From an uncultured Candidatus Saccharibacteria bacterium (GTDB lineage Bacteria; Patescibacteriota; Minisyncoccia; Phycocordibacterales; UBA6899): DNA of 64,000 nucleotides. How positions within the stretch are numbered: the first letter of the stretch is position 1; each line of letters starts with the position of its first letter. This document shows positions 1 to 10,629 of the stretch, piece after piece. The notes beneath the pieces are model-generated. The model made no database searches. It saw nothing but the letters and a program-made list of their open reading frames with translations, and was not told where the DNA came from. Where the stretch lies: positions 16,133 to 80,132 of the forward strand of contig CAZERF010000006.1 of the NCBI GenBank assembly GCA_964515375.1, in the 5' to 3' direction. The translations under genes were made by a program, and so were the position numbers.

Positions 1-1719
1 CGCGTTTCCGGAGACCTTGTCGTAAAGGGAACACTGGAGTGCTCCGAGAATACCGCTCTTCGCGGACCCCTTCTCGTGGAAGCGGGTGGTACGCTCACCA
101 TCAACGGGACATTGCGCTGCGTGAGCGGAGAAGAAACCATCAACACAAATGGGAGGGGTATCGCGCTCAAGGCGAAGAATATCATCATGAGCGATACCTC
201 CTCCATTATCACAAACGGGAGTTTTGAGATCGTAACAAACGAAAAGCAATTACTCGCACCGGAAGATGTCGCGCGATTCTTTTCGAGCATCGAACAGCCG
301 GAAGAGCGAGCGACCGCGATCGGCCCCCTTCAGACGAAAGAAGAACGGACGGAGCACAATGCAAATCCCTCCCCACTTTCCTCCCCCGACAGTATCCTCG
401 CGGGAACATGGCACATCGGAGACACACAAGCGCTCACACCGAAAAAAGGAGAAGCTCCCCGCGCGGTCCCGACATACCCGTTCATTCGGATCGATCTCGA
501 AGAGCGCGCTGTATACGTTAAAAACCTTACAGTCTATGGAGCACACGGAAAAAACGGTTCTGCCGTTGATGAGCGCTGCACCGCAACAGGAACAAACGGT
601 GGAGATGCCGGGCGACTTTTCCTTCGTTCAAAAGAACTCACTGTCGATGCGCTGCAACTCGAGCTTGGGAGTGGAGGACAGGGAGGCAGTGCCGTCGCTC
701 AGGGGTCATGCCAAAATGCAATAGCACGAGGAGGTGACGCCGGACGATCCGGAAACTTCAAACTCACCGCCGACCGGATCGTACTCACTCGCCTTACGGT
801 CAGTTCTGGAGGAGGAGGCAAGGGCGGAGACGCGACGGCGCGCGGGGAGAGCAAAAGCACATCATCGACATGTTCGAGCGATAACGGAGGGAGTGCCGAC
901 GCGATAGGAGGTCGTGGAGGCGACGACCTGCGGGCACTTCGTCTTTCGGGAAACATTACCGGAATAGAATTCATCACGATCTCACGCGCAGAGGGTGGTG
1001 CCGGAGGCAACGCGATCGCACAGGGTGGCGCGGGTAGTAATACCTCAACTTGCGGATGCAAAGGCGGAAATGGAGGAAATGCACGCGCGATCGGAGGAGA
1101 AGGCGGAGACGCACGAGTGACTCTTGTGTCAAGGAACGGAGAATCTCACGGTGGAGACGGAGGAAACGCCAACGCAGAAGGCGGTTCAGGAGGATGGGGC
1201 GGCTCCTGCGCAACAGACAAACCAGGAGGCGATGGGGGGCATGGCGGAGACGCACGGAGTATCACCGGAAGTGGCGGACAAGGACACACTCGCGCGGGTG
1301 AGGGAGGCGAACTACGTACCGTCGGAGGAGCGGGCGGTGACGGCGGCGAAGGATGTCCACCAGGAGCGGGAATGCTTGGCGGGGTAGGGGCTCCCAATGG
1401 AGTACGCGGCAAAGAAGGAGTACATCGATGCCCCACGTCGGTACAGACCCCAAAACCTGTCCCGGATGAACGGCCAAAGACAAAAGCGATCCTCTATCGC
1501 GGTCATTATCTCCCCGAGACTCAACTTCGGATCACAACATCGACCGGGTGTACGGAACCCCACTGGAGGCCGCTTGATTATAGTATTACCGCAACTGACG
1601 ATACGGTCATCGAAGACCCCATCGCGCCGTGCGGATTCGGAAAAGTAAGCGATATTCCCCTCTCTGATATTCCAGATATCTATTTCGTCGGAACATCAAC
1701 ACTTCCTCTTGAGGACTGA
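1..1719 (+). CDS. Gly-rich repeat protein, 5'-truncated by the window edge. The N-terminal part is beta-helix-like; the C-terminal part carries GGxGGxA-type repeats and a Cys-containing tail.
   Basis: Frame 1 is open from base 1 with no stop before 76. The translation carries many GGDGGNA / GGNGGNA / GGAGGNAIAQGG repeats. Confidence 0.6.
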   Translation, partial: RVSGDLVVKGTLECSENTALRGPLLVEAGGTLTINGTLRCVSGEETINTNGRGIALKAKNIIMSDTSSIITNGSFEIVTNEKQLLAPEDVARFFSSIEQPEERATAIGPLQTKEERTEHNANPSPLSSPDSILAGTWHIGDTQALTPKKGEAPRAVPTYPFIRIDLEERAVYVKNLTVYGAHGKNGSAVDERCTATGTNGGDAGRLFLRSKELTVDALQLELGSGGQGGSAVAQGSCQNAIARGGDAGRSGNFKLTADRIVLTRLTVSSGGGGKGGDATARGESKSTSSTCSSDNGGSADAIGGRGGDDLRALRLSGNITGIEFITISRAEGGAGGNAIAQGGAGSNTSTCGCKGGNGGNARAIGGEGGDARVTLVSRNGESHGGDGGNANAEGGSGGWGGSCATDKPGGDGGHGGDARSITGSGGQGHTRAGEGGELRTVGGAGGDGGEGCPPGAGMLGGVGAPNGVRGKEGVHRCPTSVQTPKPVPDERPKTKAILYRGHYLPETQLRITTSTGCTEPHWRPLDYSITATDDTVIEDPIAPCGFGKVSDIPLSDIPDIYFVGTSTLPLED

Positions 1720-1979
1720 CCACCCTGACGTCGCGCTGTCGGAGGAACTTCATCATCATAGACACGAAACACTTTGGTCGGCGTTGTGCGACCGCGGATC
1801 AAGCGTATTCGTTCACCGGGAACTCCGAAGTGTTTCGAAAGCAATTCGCGCGCTCGCTCATTCGCTCTCCCCTCTTTCCTCGGCTCCGCAACAGAGATCA
1901 GAAAATGACCATCCTTGCGCACAAGTGCAACCTCTTTTTTTGCCCCAACCAACACCTTCACGTGAACATCTCTCATACT
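1680..1979 (-). CDS. DUF167 (YggU/UPF0235) family protein
   Basis: Motif VAEPRKEGRANERARELLSKHFGVPGERIRLIRGRTTPTKVF matches the DUF167 signature. Start chosen at the internal Met (MRDVHV) to give the typical ~100 aa size. It overlaps the 3' end of the upstream gene convergently. Confidence 0.5.
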   Translation of the reverse strand, partial: SMRDVHVKVLVGAKKEVALVRKDGHFLISVAEPRKEGRANERARELLSKHFGVPGERIRLIRGRTTPTKVFRVYDDEVPPTARRQGGQSSRGSVDVPTK

Positions 1980-2093
1980 GCCATTACAGCAGTATATTCC
2001 AAGTAGCACAAGAAGGTTGACAATCGCATCATCCTTCGGTACCCTCGAAAAGGAATCTGCAATTCTTTTTTCACTGTACACACGAGGTGCCCC

Positions 2094-2372
2094 ATGGAAT
2101 GCCTTCCTCTTAGCAAGAACGTGTTTCACTCAGCAAAACAGTTCTCGAATGCACGTTTTGCGCCCTCACTAGACAACCTCTTTTCGCTGATGGATGAATC
2201 GATGCCTGTTAAATACAGGGGAAATTTTGTCCTTCCACCGCTTGATCCTTCCGCGAAAAAGACGCTTCTCTGTCACGCACACCACAAACAGATCACGCTC
2301 ACTCTCGCGAACAAAACCTTCGTGCAAGACGGCGTCCTTTTTTGTTTCTCAGAAGTACGAGTGATCTCATGA
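2094..2372 (+). CDS. Hypothetical small protein (92 aa), or the transcript of an sRNA
   Basis: ORF followed 20 nt later by a rho-independent terminator. No recognisable domain. Confidence 0.2.
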   Translation: MECLPLSKNVFHSAKQFSNARFAPSLDNLFSLMDESMPVKYRGNFVLPPLDPSAKKTLLCHAHHKQITLTLANKTFVQDGVLFCFSEVRVIS

Positions 2373-2391
2373 GAAGCAACGATCATCACCA

Positions 2392-2417
2392 AGCCCCAAA
2401 ATATGGGGGCTTTTTTA
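2392..2417 (+). terminator. Rho-independent terminator
   Basis: Hairpin agcccca-aaatat-tgggggct followed by T6. Confidence 0.55.
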
Positions 2418-2538
2418 CAACATGTAACACGCCGCAAAATAAAGAGTAAAGTGACGAAAAAAACAATAGTGTGTAAGAATTCACCATGTAAAACGTCTCC
2501 ATCATTATGGTGACAGGCACAATATTATTCATTCATAC

Positions 2539-3756
2539 TTGATCATGAAAAGAACTCTTATTACCCTCTTCGCGACCTCGCTCCTTTTCGTCGGAGCGAC
2601 CGCGTCCGCCAATACGGGCACAAACGCGATGACCGTCGAGCAATTGATCGCGCAACTCAAAGCGCAGATCGCAGCACTGACGACTCAGATCGAAACGCTC
2701 AAGGCGGCACAACAAAATGTTTCCACATCAAAACAGTCGGTCAACGAGACTCTCCGGCTCATTGGAGACATGAGGGAAGGAATGACGAGTGAGGAGGTCA
2801 CACTACTTCAGACAACGCTTGCCGGAGACCCGACCCTCTACCCTGAAGGAAAGATCACCGGATACTACGGCGCACTCACCGCCAAGGCGATCAAGCGCTT
2901 CCAGAAGAAATATGGGATTACGGAGACCGGCAAGGTTGACGCAAAGACCCGCGAAGAGCTGAACAAGTTCATCAAGGAAACAGGACTCGCCAAGGAGAAC
3001 GGAAAACTTTGCATTCCTCCGGGACACCTCGTCGCTCCGGGCTGGCTCAAGAAAGAAGCGAAGGAGAAGAAAGGCAAGGGAAACGGAGTCATACAGTGGA
3101 GCAAGGAAGACGTCCTCCTCCCCCTCTGCAATGCGAAGGCGAGCTCGACCCCGACGACAGGAAAAGACACTGTCGCGCCAACGATCTCCACATTCACCAT
3201 CTCCGGATTGACCGCAAATACGGCAGCGATCGCATGGACAACCAACGAACACACCGCGTCGAAGGTCTTTGTGAGCACCGTCTCCCCTGTGGCAACCGCG
3301 ACCGCGGCGTGGACCGACACGACGTACACCCTCGCGCACAACGCGACACTCTCGGGACTTACGGCAAATACGCTCTATTACTTCCTTGTTGAAGCAAAGG
3401 ATGCCGCGGGCAACGTAACGATGAGCACGCAAGGAACTTTCACGACAAGTGCGATCGCTGACACAACCGCCCCGACGATTTCGGCAATGAGCGCGACCGC
3501 GACAGGGTCGACGACGGCAACCATCGCATGGACGACGAACGAAAGCGCGTCGAGCAAGGTCTACTTCGGCACGACGAGCCCGCTTAGCCTCGCGACCGCA
3601 CCCTTCGTCTTCGACGCGACACTGCGCACGACGCATAGCATGAACCTTGTCGGACTCACGACCGGAACCGTGCATTACGTAGTAGTGGAATCAAAAGACG
3701 CCGCAAATAATGCTGCGATCGGAACACCGCTTTCGTTCACAACAACCGCGATCTAA
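2539..3756 (+). CDS. Secreted peptidoglycan-binding (PG_binding_1) protein with two fibronectin type III-like repeats
   Basis: N-terminal signal peptide. PG-binding motif (YPEGKITGYYGALTAKAIKRFQKKYGITETGKVD). Two FN3-like repeats (…LTANTAAIAWTTNEHTASKVF… and …STTATIAWTTNESASSKVYF…). Confidence 0.7.
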   Translation: MIMKRTLITLFATSLLFVGATASANTGTNAMTVEQLIAQLKAQIAALTTQIETLKAAQQNVSTSKQSVNETLRLIGDMREGMTSEEVTLLQTTLAGDPTLYPEGKITGYYGALTAKAIKRFQKKYGITETGKVDAKTREELNKFIKETGLAKENGKLCIPPGHLVAPGWLKKEAKEKKGKGNGVIQWSKEDVLLPLCNAKASSTPTTGKDTVAPTISTFTISGLTANTAAIAWTTNEHTASKVFVSTVSPVATATAAWTDTTYTLAHNATLSGLTANTLYYFLVEAKDAAGNVTMSTQGTFTTSAIADTTAPTISAMSATATGSTTATIAWTTNESASSKVYFGTTSPLSLATAPFVFDATLRTTHSMNLVGLTTGTVHYVVVESKDAANNAAIGTPLSFTTTAI

Positions 3757-3848
3757 AAAGACGTCACAAACATACAGAAAAACACCGCGCCTTCGTGCGG
3801 TGTTTTTCATATCGCAAAGTACACGGCTCTGTAGTAGGATAAAGCGAC

Positions 3849-5105
3849 ATGAGCAACGAGCACAAGAATCATACGGGGTGGGACGTGATCATCGTCGGAG
3901 GAGGTCCTGCGGGGATGATGGCAGCAGGACGAGCCGCGGAGCTCGGGAAGCATGTGCTTCTCCTCGAAAAGAACCCCGGGCTCGGAGCCAAACTCCTCAT
4001 CACCGGAGGTGGTCGCTCGAACATCACCAACAACATGACCGACGTCCGTGCATTTCTCGGGCGTTTCCCCGAAAGTGCGAAGTTCCTTTATTCCCCCTTT
4101 TCACAGTTTGGGGTAACCGAAACACTCGACTTCTTTCATGAGCACGGCATGCCGACCAAGCAAGAAGCCGAGGGGCGCGTCTTCCCCGCTACCGAAAAAG
4201 CGGCAACCGTCCAAGAAACGCTCATTGTGTACATGCGCGAATATGATGTTACTGTGCGCACGAACGCGCGGGTCGAAGGATTTGAGGTCGAAGAGAGCGA
4301 CGTGCGCGGAGTACGCCTTGCCGGAGGAGAGATCTTGCGCGCGCGCTCGTTCGTTCTTGCGACAGGAGGACTCTCGCACCCCGAAACAGGGTCAACCGGA
4401 GACGGATTTCGGTTCATGGAAGCGATCGGATGTCGCGTGCAAAAACAAGGAGCGATCCTCGTCCCCATCCGCACAAAAGAAGTGTGGACACACGCGTTTT
4501 CCGGTATTGCCTTCCCCGAGGCAAAGGTCACCATCACCCGAGACGGCGCAAAACAATATGCACGCGCCGGAAAACTCCTCTTTACGCATTTCGGATTAAG
4601 CGGGCCACTTATCTTGAACATGAGTAAAATGATCGGCGATCTTCTTCCGGAGGGACGCATCACACTCCTTGTCGACCTCTTCCCCTCGCATGACCCCGGA
4701 TCGCTCGACCGCATGATCCGTGACCTTGTTGATTCTTCTCCACGCAAACAGATCGGGAAGATTCTCTCGGAAATACTTCCCCGAGCACTTGCGGAAGCAC
4801 TTCCTGGACAATGCGACCTCAACCCAAACACTCCGGCAAATGAGCTTGGAAAAAGTGAGCGCATGAAACTCGCGCAATTCGCCAAGGCGATTCCGCTCAC
4901 TCCAACCGGACTTCTCGGTGCGAATAATGCGATCGTGACCGCGGGAGGAGTTCCTCTTGCCGACGTAGACACAAGAACAATGTCCTCACGACACTATCCC
5001 AACCTTTTTCTGGTCGGTGATGTTCTCGATGTAAATCGCCCCTCAGGAGGATTTTCTCTTCAACTCTGCTGGACCACCGGCTGGGTCGCCGGAAGTCACG
5101 CATAG
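3849..5105 (+). CDS. HI0933/YhiN-family NAD(FAD)-utilising flavoprotein
   Basis: N-terminal dinucleotide-binding fold IIVGGGPAGMMAAG. Overall length and conservation fit the family. Confidence 0.7.
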   Translation: MSNEHKNHTGWDVIIVGGGPAGMMAAGRAAELGKHVLLLEKNPGLGAKLLITGGGRSNITNNMTDVRAFLGRFPESAKFLYSPFSQFGVTETLDFFHEHGMPTKQEAEGRVFPATEKAATVQETLIVYMREYDVTVRTNARVEGFEVEESDVRGVRLAGGEILRARSFVLATGGLSHPETGSTGDGFRFMEAIGCRVQKQGAILVPIRTKEVWTHAFSGIAFPEAKVTITRDGAKQYARAGKLLFTHFGLSGPLILNMSKMIGDLLPEGRITLLVDLFPSHDPGSLDRMIRDLVDSSPRKQIGKILSEILPRALAEALPGQCDLNPNTPANELGKSERMKLAQFAKAIPLTPTGLLGANNAIVTAGGVPLADVDTRTMSSRHYPNLFLVGDVLDVNRPSGGFSLQLCWTTGWVAGSHA

Positions 5106-5108
5106 CAG

Positions 5109-6437
<1,329 letters not shown>

Positions 6438-6483
6438 TCAGTGTACCACAACGAGATGTCTCAATGTAGCAACACGCAACAAT

Positions 6484-8181
6484 CTATTCACCGGCAAATA
6501 GTCGCGCGAGACGGATATCCTCGAACGACACTTCATCATTCAGGAGTCGCTTCACGGGGGTGAGTCGTCCTTCTTCCTCCGTTCCCTCGATCTCTTTAAA
6601 CGCGTCACGAACTCGCGCAATGAGCCCGCTCGGAAAGGTTGCCTTCAAGTGCGTAATGTCGGGAGGTGTATCACCATGAAGTAATTCTTCGATGTGCTTT
6701 ACGATCGTCCCAAACGTAAGCCCCCGGATCGCAATGATCTCCGCGACACTCTTCCCTTCTGCAAGTAACGCGCGTGTGACCTCGCGCGAATGGATCTTTC
6801 CCGCACGTTCATCGTGCTCATCAGAAGAATCCGCCCGCACTTCTCCTTTCTTTGGAAATCTTCCTCCACATGCGCTCACGAAGTTATGGTGCATAAGCGA
6901 AAGATCCTTCGGCTCCATCCCTTCGAACGCCTGAGCGGTGATCGTCGACGCCTCACGAAAGACGCGGTCGTGTTCAAGCACAAGCGGGTGCACCTCAAGC
7001 GCTCGAGCATTGATTCCCTTCAAATGAAGGCCCGCGAGCGTCCGCACACGCGAGAGCGCGACATACCCCTGCCCATACTCAAACGCACGAGAGAGATCCA
7101 TGATCGCCGCATCCATGCTCATTCCTTGACTCTTGTGGATCGTGATCGCCCACGCGAGGCGGAGCGGGATCTGATTCAGTTTCGCCAACGTCTTCCCTTC
7201 TTCCTCGATCGCCCATTCGGCCGGTCCCGCCGTGACCTCCTCTCCGTCGCGTGTTTCCACGACAGGAAAGCCCGTCTCTTCGTCAAAACGCACAACAATA
7301 CCGAGCGTGCCGTTCACGTATCCCGCGTCAAAATTGTTCTTCGTAAACATGACGACCGCCCCCTCTTTGAGCGCAAGCTCCTCCGGAGAAAGGCACCCTT
7401 TCTTCATCTGCTCCACAAGCGTCGACCTGCCGTGCGCGAGCATGCGAAACACTTCGGTCTTCCCGGCAAGCCGACCAAGCTCCTCGAGATTTTTCCGATC
7501 GACGTCCATGTTGTGCGTGAAAAGATGCGGCACGTCGTCGGGATGTTCGTCTCCGGGGGTGTGGCGATCGGAGAGACATTCGTACACCGCATCGTCCACA
7601 TCGCCACGACGAATTGCGCCCAGTGTTGAAAGGAACGTCATATCATCTTGACGATGTTGCTCGGAGAGATAACACACGAGGGGATTGAGCTTCGCCCACA
7701 CGGAAGACTCAAACGCGAACTGCTTGGGCACTTCCCCCATCTTCGCGATCGGCGGAAGTTGAAAGAAATCACCGACAAGCACAACCTGAAGTCCACCAAA
7801 AGGTTCCTCGGATCGACGGAGCGAGCGAGTGACCTCTTCCACCATCGCAAGCGTCGCACCGTCCAACATCGACACTTCATCAATGATGAGCACCTTCGCC
7901 CGCGTGATACGCTTGACCAACGGCTCCCTCATCGAAAGGTCATCAAGATCTCGATCGGTGAGCGTACGACGAATACCGATCCCGCTCCATGAATGGATCG
8001 TCATGCCACCCACATGTGTCGCGGCGATTCCGGTCGACGCAGTGATGGAGGGAGCGATGTCGTGCTCGCGCAGGTAGCGCACATAAGCATTCACGGTATG
8101 CGTCTTGCCACTTCCCGGCTCACCGGTCAAAAAGACGTTCGCCCCTGTCTTTAGTATTTCAAGTGCCGTTTCCTGTCGCAT
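6484..8181 (-). CDS. PIF1/RecD-like superfamily 1 DNA helicase (AAA_30 + UvrD_C-like) with a C-terminal helical extension
   Basis: Walker A GEPGSGKTH, Walker B LIIDEVSM, and a downstream motif QGMSMDAAIMDL typical of this family. Confidence 0.7.
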   Translation of the reverse strand: MRQETALEILKTGANVFLTGEPGSGKTHTVNAYVRYLREHDIAPSITASTGIAATHVGGMTIHSWSGIGIRRTLTDRDLDDLSMREPLVKRITRAKVLIIDEVSMLDGATLAMVEEVTRSLRRSEEPFGGLQVVLVGDFFQLPPIAKMGEVPKQFAFESSVWAKLNPLVCYLSEQHRQDDMTFLSTLGAIRRGDVDDAVYECLSDRHTPGDEHPDDVPHLFTHNMDVDRKNLEELGRLAGKTEVFRMLAHGRSTLVEQMKKGCLSPEELALKEGAVVMFTKNNFDAGYVNGTLGIVVRFDEETGFPVVETRDGEEVTAGPAEWAIEEEGKTLAKLNQIPLRLAWAITIHKSQGMSMDAAIMDLSRAFEYGQGYVALSRVRTLAGLHLKGINARALEVHPLVLEHDRVFREASTITAQAFEGMEPKDLSLMHHNFVSACGGRFPKKGEVRADSSDEHDERAGKIHSREVTRALLAEGKSVAEIIAIRGLTFGTIVKHIEELLHGDTPPDITHLKATFPSGLIARVRDAFKEIEGTEEEGRLTPVKRLLNDEVSFEDIRLARLFAGE

Positions 8182-8341
8182 ATCTGACTAGCATACGTGT
8201 ATTTGAGAGGCGGAGCAAGAATACCAGTTTGGACTAAGGCAAGGCGGTATTATCGACATCTTGATCATTTTGTGGTTACATTCGCAAAGATGTCATCCGT
8301 CACTTCACAAGAAGTGCCCGAACGAACAACCGGAGAATTTT

Positions 8342-8560
8342 ATGACCACATTTCGTCGAGAAGTGTTTCACCCTCACCCCATTGCGCGAATTTTCGTGGA
8401 GACGACCACTCCTCTCACTACCGAGTTGTTGGATACCCTGCGTGGCATTCCAGGAATCTCGGAAGCAACCAAACACCACTCCTGCCTTGTGAGCGTGCGA
8501 CCCACCACCGAAGAAGACTGCGCTGGAGTAGCGAAGAAACTCTCCGAGCTCCTCAAATAA
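8342..8560 (+). CDS. Small hypothetical protein (72 aa). Cytoplasmic paralog of the downstream secreted protein. Ends in ELLK.
   Basis: SD GGAG 7 nt upstream of the ATG. The C-terminal half aligns with the protein at 8737-9069. RBS context caaccggagaa is conserved. Confidence 0.4.
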   Translation: MTTFRREVFHPHPIARIFVETTTPLTTELLDTLRGIPGISEATKHHSCLVSVRPTTEEDCAGVAKKLSELLK

Positions 8561-8584
8561 CCCCCCCCACGCCGGGAACACAAA

Positions 8585-8612
8585 GCGGCCTCACTGAGGT
8601 CGCTTTTTCTTT
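8585..8612 (+). terminator. Rho-independent terminator (copy 1 of a duplicated ~70-bp 3' flank)
   Basis: Hairpin gcggcctca-c-tgaggtcgc followed by tttttcttt. Confidence 0.6.
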
Positions 8613-8646
8613 ACCCACGAGGAGGTTGAATGTACCCAAAAAATAC

Positions 8647-8675
8647 TTGACAGTATGAATGTTTTATGCTAGTAT
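8647..8675 (+). promoter_or_regulatory. Near-consensus sigma70-type promoter
   Basis: TTGACA, 17-nt spacer, TAGTAT. Confidence 0.5.
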
Positions 8676-8736
8676 GCAAACAGATGCATCATGGTCACTT
8701 CATGGTGGAGTGGTCAAAATCCAACCGGAGAACGTC

Positions 8737-9069
8737 ATGTCTTTGAACCTTCGCGCCCTCGCTACCCTCCTTTTCCTCTCCCTCATGGTGCCGCTTGCGG
8801 CGCTGGCGGGAGGACTTCCCCCTTGCCCCGTGGCAAAAGCAGTGAAGTGCAGCGAGAACGTTGCACTGGTGTCTCGCGACTCACCCAGCGGTCCGTCCAT
8901 ATGGGTTCACACAAAACAGCGAGTGACAACAGAAAAACTCGATGCGATAAAAAAAATGGAGGGAGTTGCATTCGCAACGACCTACAGCGACTACCTCGTA
9001 GCGGTTGAGCGGGCACCGATGGTGCCCGAGAACGAGCTCGTCGAGAAGATCTACGAGCTCCTCAAATAA
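8737..9069 (+). CDS. Small secreted or membrane-anchored hypothetical protein (110 aa) with a signal peptide. Ends in ELLK.
   Basis: SD GGAG 6 nt upstream of the ATG. N-terminal hydrophobic segment LATLLFLSLMVPLAALA. Paralogous to 8342-8560. Confidence 0.5.
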   Translation: MSLNLRALATLLFLSLMVPLAALAGGLPPCPVAKAVKCSENVALVSRDSPSGPSIWVHTKQRVTTEKLDAIKKMEGVAFATTYSDYLVAVERAPMVPENELVEKIYELLK

Positions 9070-9091
9070 CCACCCCACGACGGGAACCAAA

Positions 9092-9119
9092 GCGGCCTCA
9101 CTGAGGTCGCTTTTTCTTT
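9092..9119. terminator. Rho-independent terminator (copy 2 of the duplicated 3' flank). It may also serve the convergent ABC-F gene.
   Basis: Identical hairpin gcggcctcactgaggtcgc followed by a T-tract. Confidence 0.6.
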
Positions 9120-9138
9120 ACTGCATGTTAATCCCTTT

Positions 9139-10587
9139 TTACTTCTCAAGATCAAGCACCTGGTCGATGCGGATCTGCTTTACGAATTCGGGAACGTGCG
9201 AAACAAGGACCATCGTCCCCTCATATTGATCAAGCGCTTTTGCGATGACGGGGATATGGCGGAAATTGATATGGTTGGTGGGCTCGTCGAGAATAAGGAG
9301 TCCCGGACGCTCAAGTACCAAACGCGCGAAGGCAACAAGTCCCTTCTGCCCTTCCGAAAGCGCGCCGATCTTGGTGTGGACCAACTCCTTCGTGATCAAG
9401 AACCCCGCAGCGACACGACGCAACTCTTCTTCATTCTCCTTCTTCATCACCCCCGCAAGCGACTGATAGACCGTGTCTTCAAAATTGAGCGTTGAAAAAT
9501 CCTGTCGGTAATATCCCACGCGAACCCCTTCTGCGATCTTTGCCCCTTTGGCGGTCCCCTGCGCGAGCGACTCAAGGAGTGTTGATTTGCCGATCCCGTT
9601 CGGGCCCTGCAAGAGGAGGTGCTGTTTCTTGCGCAAGGCAAGATGGATCTTCTTTTCTTTGGGCTTGTGATCCTTCATGATCGTGAGCGACTCGATCGTA
9701 AGGACGTCCCCGATGAACTCGATATCCGCGGGAATCTGGAACGGTCGGATCGTCTTGTCCTCCTTGCGCACATCGACAAGCTCGTCCTCCATGTCCGCCG
9801 CCTTTTCACGCATTCGCTTCGCGAGCGCGCGCATATTGCCTCCCTTATGCGAAAAGACGTTCGCCTGATCCTTGTTCGCCTGGATCTCCTTTGCCAAAAG
9901 TGCATTCTTGCGATTCTCTTTTTCAATGCGCACAACGATCTCCTTCACGACATCATTGTAATTACCGGAATACTGCTCGAGTTTGCGCGTGTGGACATCA
10001 AGATAAAAGACTCCTTCGGTGAACGCGTTCAAGAAATGCGCGTCATGCGAGATGACGATAACCGTCTTGTCGTAGTTCGTCAAAAATTCGGTGAGATGCG
10101 CGATGCCCGCTTTGTCGAGATTGTTTGTCGGCTCATCAAGGAGAAGGATGTCGGGGTTCTGAATGAGCGCGGAAGCGAGCAAAAGCCGCGCCTGCTGTCC
10201 GCCGGAGAAGGAGCGCACGATGCGCTCATGTGGCGCATGAAGATTGACCACCTCGAGGACCGCGTCGATCTTGGGGTCGATGTCGTAAACCTTTTTCGCA
10301 AAACACTTCGCGAAAAAATCGCGAACAGAAAGATCGAGCTCCTCACGAGGGATCACTTGTCGCGCGATCGCAACACTCGTACCGTGGGCGATGATGAGTC
10401 GCCCTGAATCGGGTTTGTGTTTCCCGGTAATGAGCCCGAAGATCGTACTCTTCCCCGCCCCATTCTGGCCCATAAGCGCAAACTTGCTTCCGCGACGCAG
10501 GGAAATACTCACCTCATCCAAAATGGGCTTGTTGTGATTGTATTCGAATGAGCAATCCTCAAAACGTAGTACGACTTCTCCTGACAT
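9139..10587 (-). CDS. ABC-F family ATPase (two ABC ATPase domains, no transmembrane domain; EttA/Uup-like)
   Basis: Two Walker A motifs (GQNGAGKST and GPNGIGKST), two LSGG signatures and a linker region. Confidence 0.85.
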   Translation of the reverse strand: MSGEVVLRFEDCSFEYNHNKPILDEVSISLRRGSKFALMGQNGAGKSTIFGLITGKHKPDSGRLIIAHGTSVAIARQVIPREELDLSVRDFFAKCFAKKVYDIDPKIDAVLEVVNLHAPHERIVRSFSGGQQARLLLASALIQNPDILLLDEPTNNLDKAGIAHLTEFLTNYDKTVIVISHDAHFLNAFTEGVFYLDVHTRKLEQYSGNYNDVVKEIVVRIEKENRKNALLAKEIQANKDQANVFSHKGGNMRALAKRMREKAADMEDELVDVRKEDKTIRPFQIPADIEFIGDVLTIESLTIMKDHKPKEKKIHLALRKKQHLLLQGPNGIGKSTLLESLAQGTAKGAKIAEGVRVGYYRQDFSTLNFEDTVYQSLAGVMKKENEEELRRVAAGFLITKELVHTKIGALSEGQKGLVAFARLVLERPGLLILDEPTNHINFRHIPVIAKALDQYEGTMVLVSHVPEFVKQIRIDQVLDLEK

Positions 10588-10629
10588 TTATCCTACGTTA
10601 CCCCAAAACGCGAAAAAATGAAAGCCTTG

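Noticed and set aside
76-1719. Diversity-generating retroelement (TR/VR pair) explanation for the Gly-rich DNA repeats
   Set aside because: The repeats are in-frame protein repeats of mixed sequence. There is no adenine-specific TR/VR pair and no reverse transcriptase in the window.
2803-3675. Long Arg/Cys-rich ORFs antisense to clear genes. Examples: 2803-3675 (290 aa), 4136-4972 (278 aa), 6790-7629, 9619-10407, 19666-20652, 25067-25780, 36657-37415, 51743-53110 (455 aa), 53298-54107, 61506-62264.
   Set aside because: These are shadow ORFs expected in high-GC DNA. They have Arg/Pro/Ser-rich low-complexity translations. The opposite strand carries genes with recognisable motifs, signal peptides and RBSs.
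8197-8658. ORF 8197-8658 (153 aa) spanning both small genes
   Set aside because: It reads through the terminator hairpin. The alternative frame gives a gene with a proper SD, a paralog downstream and an ELLK* end.
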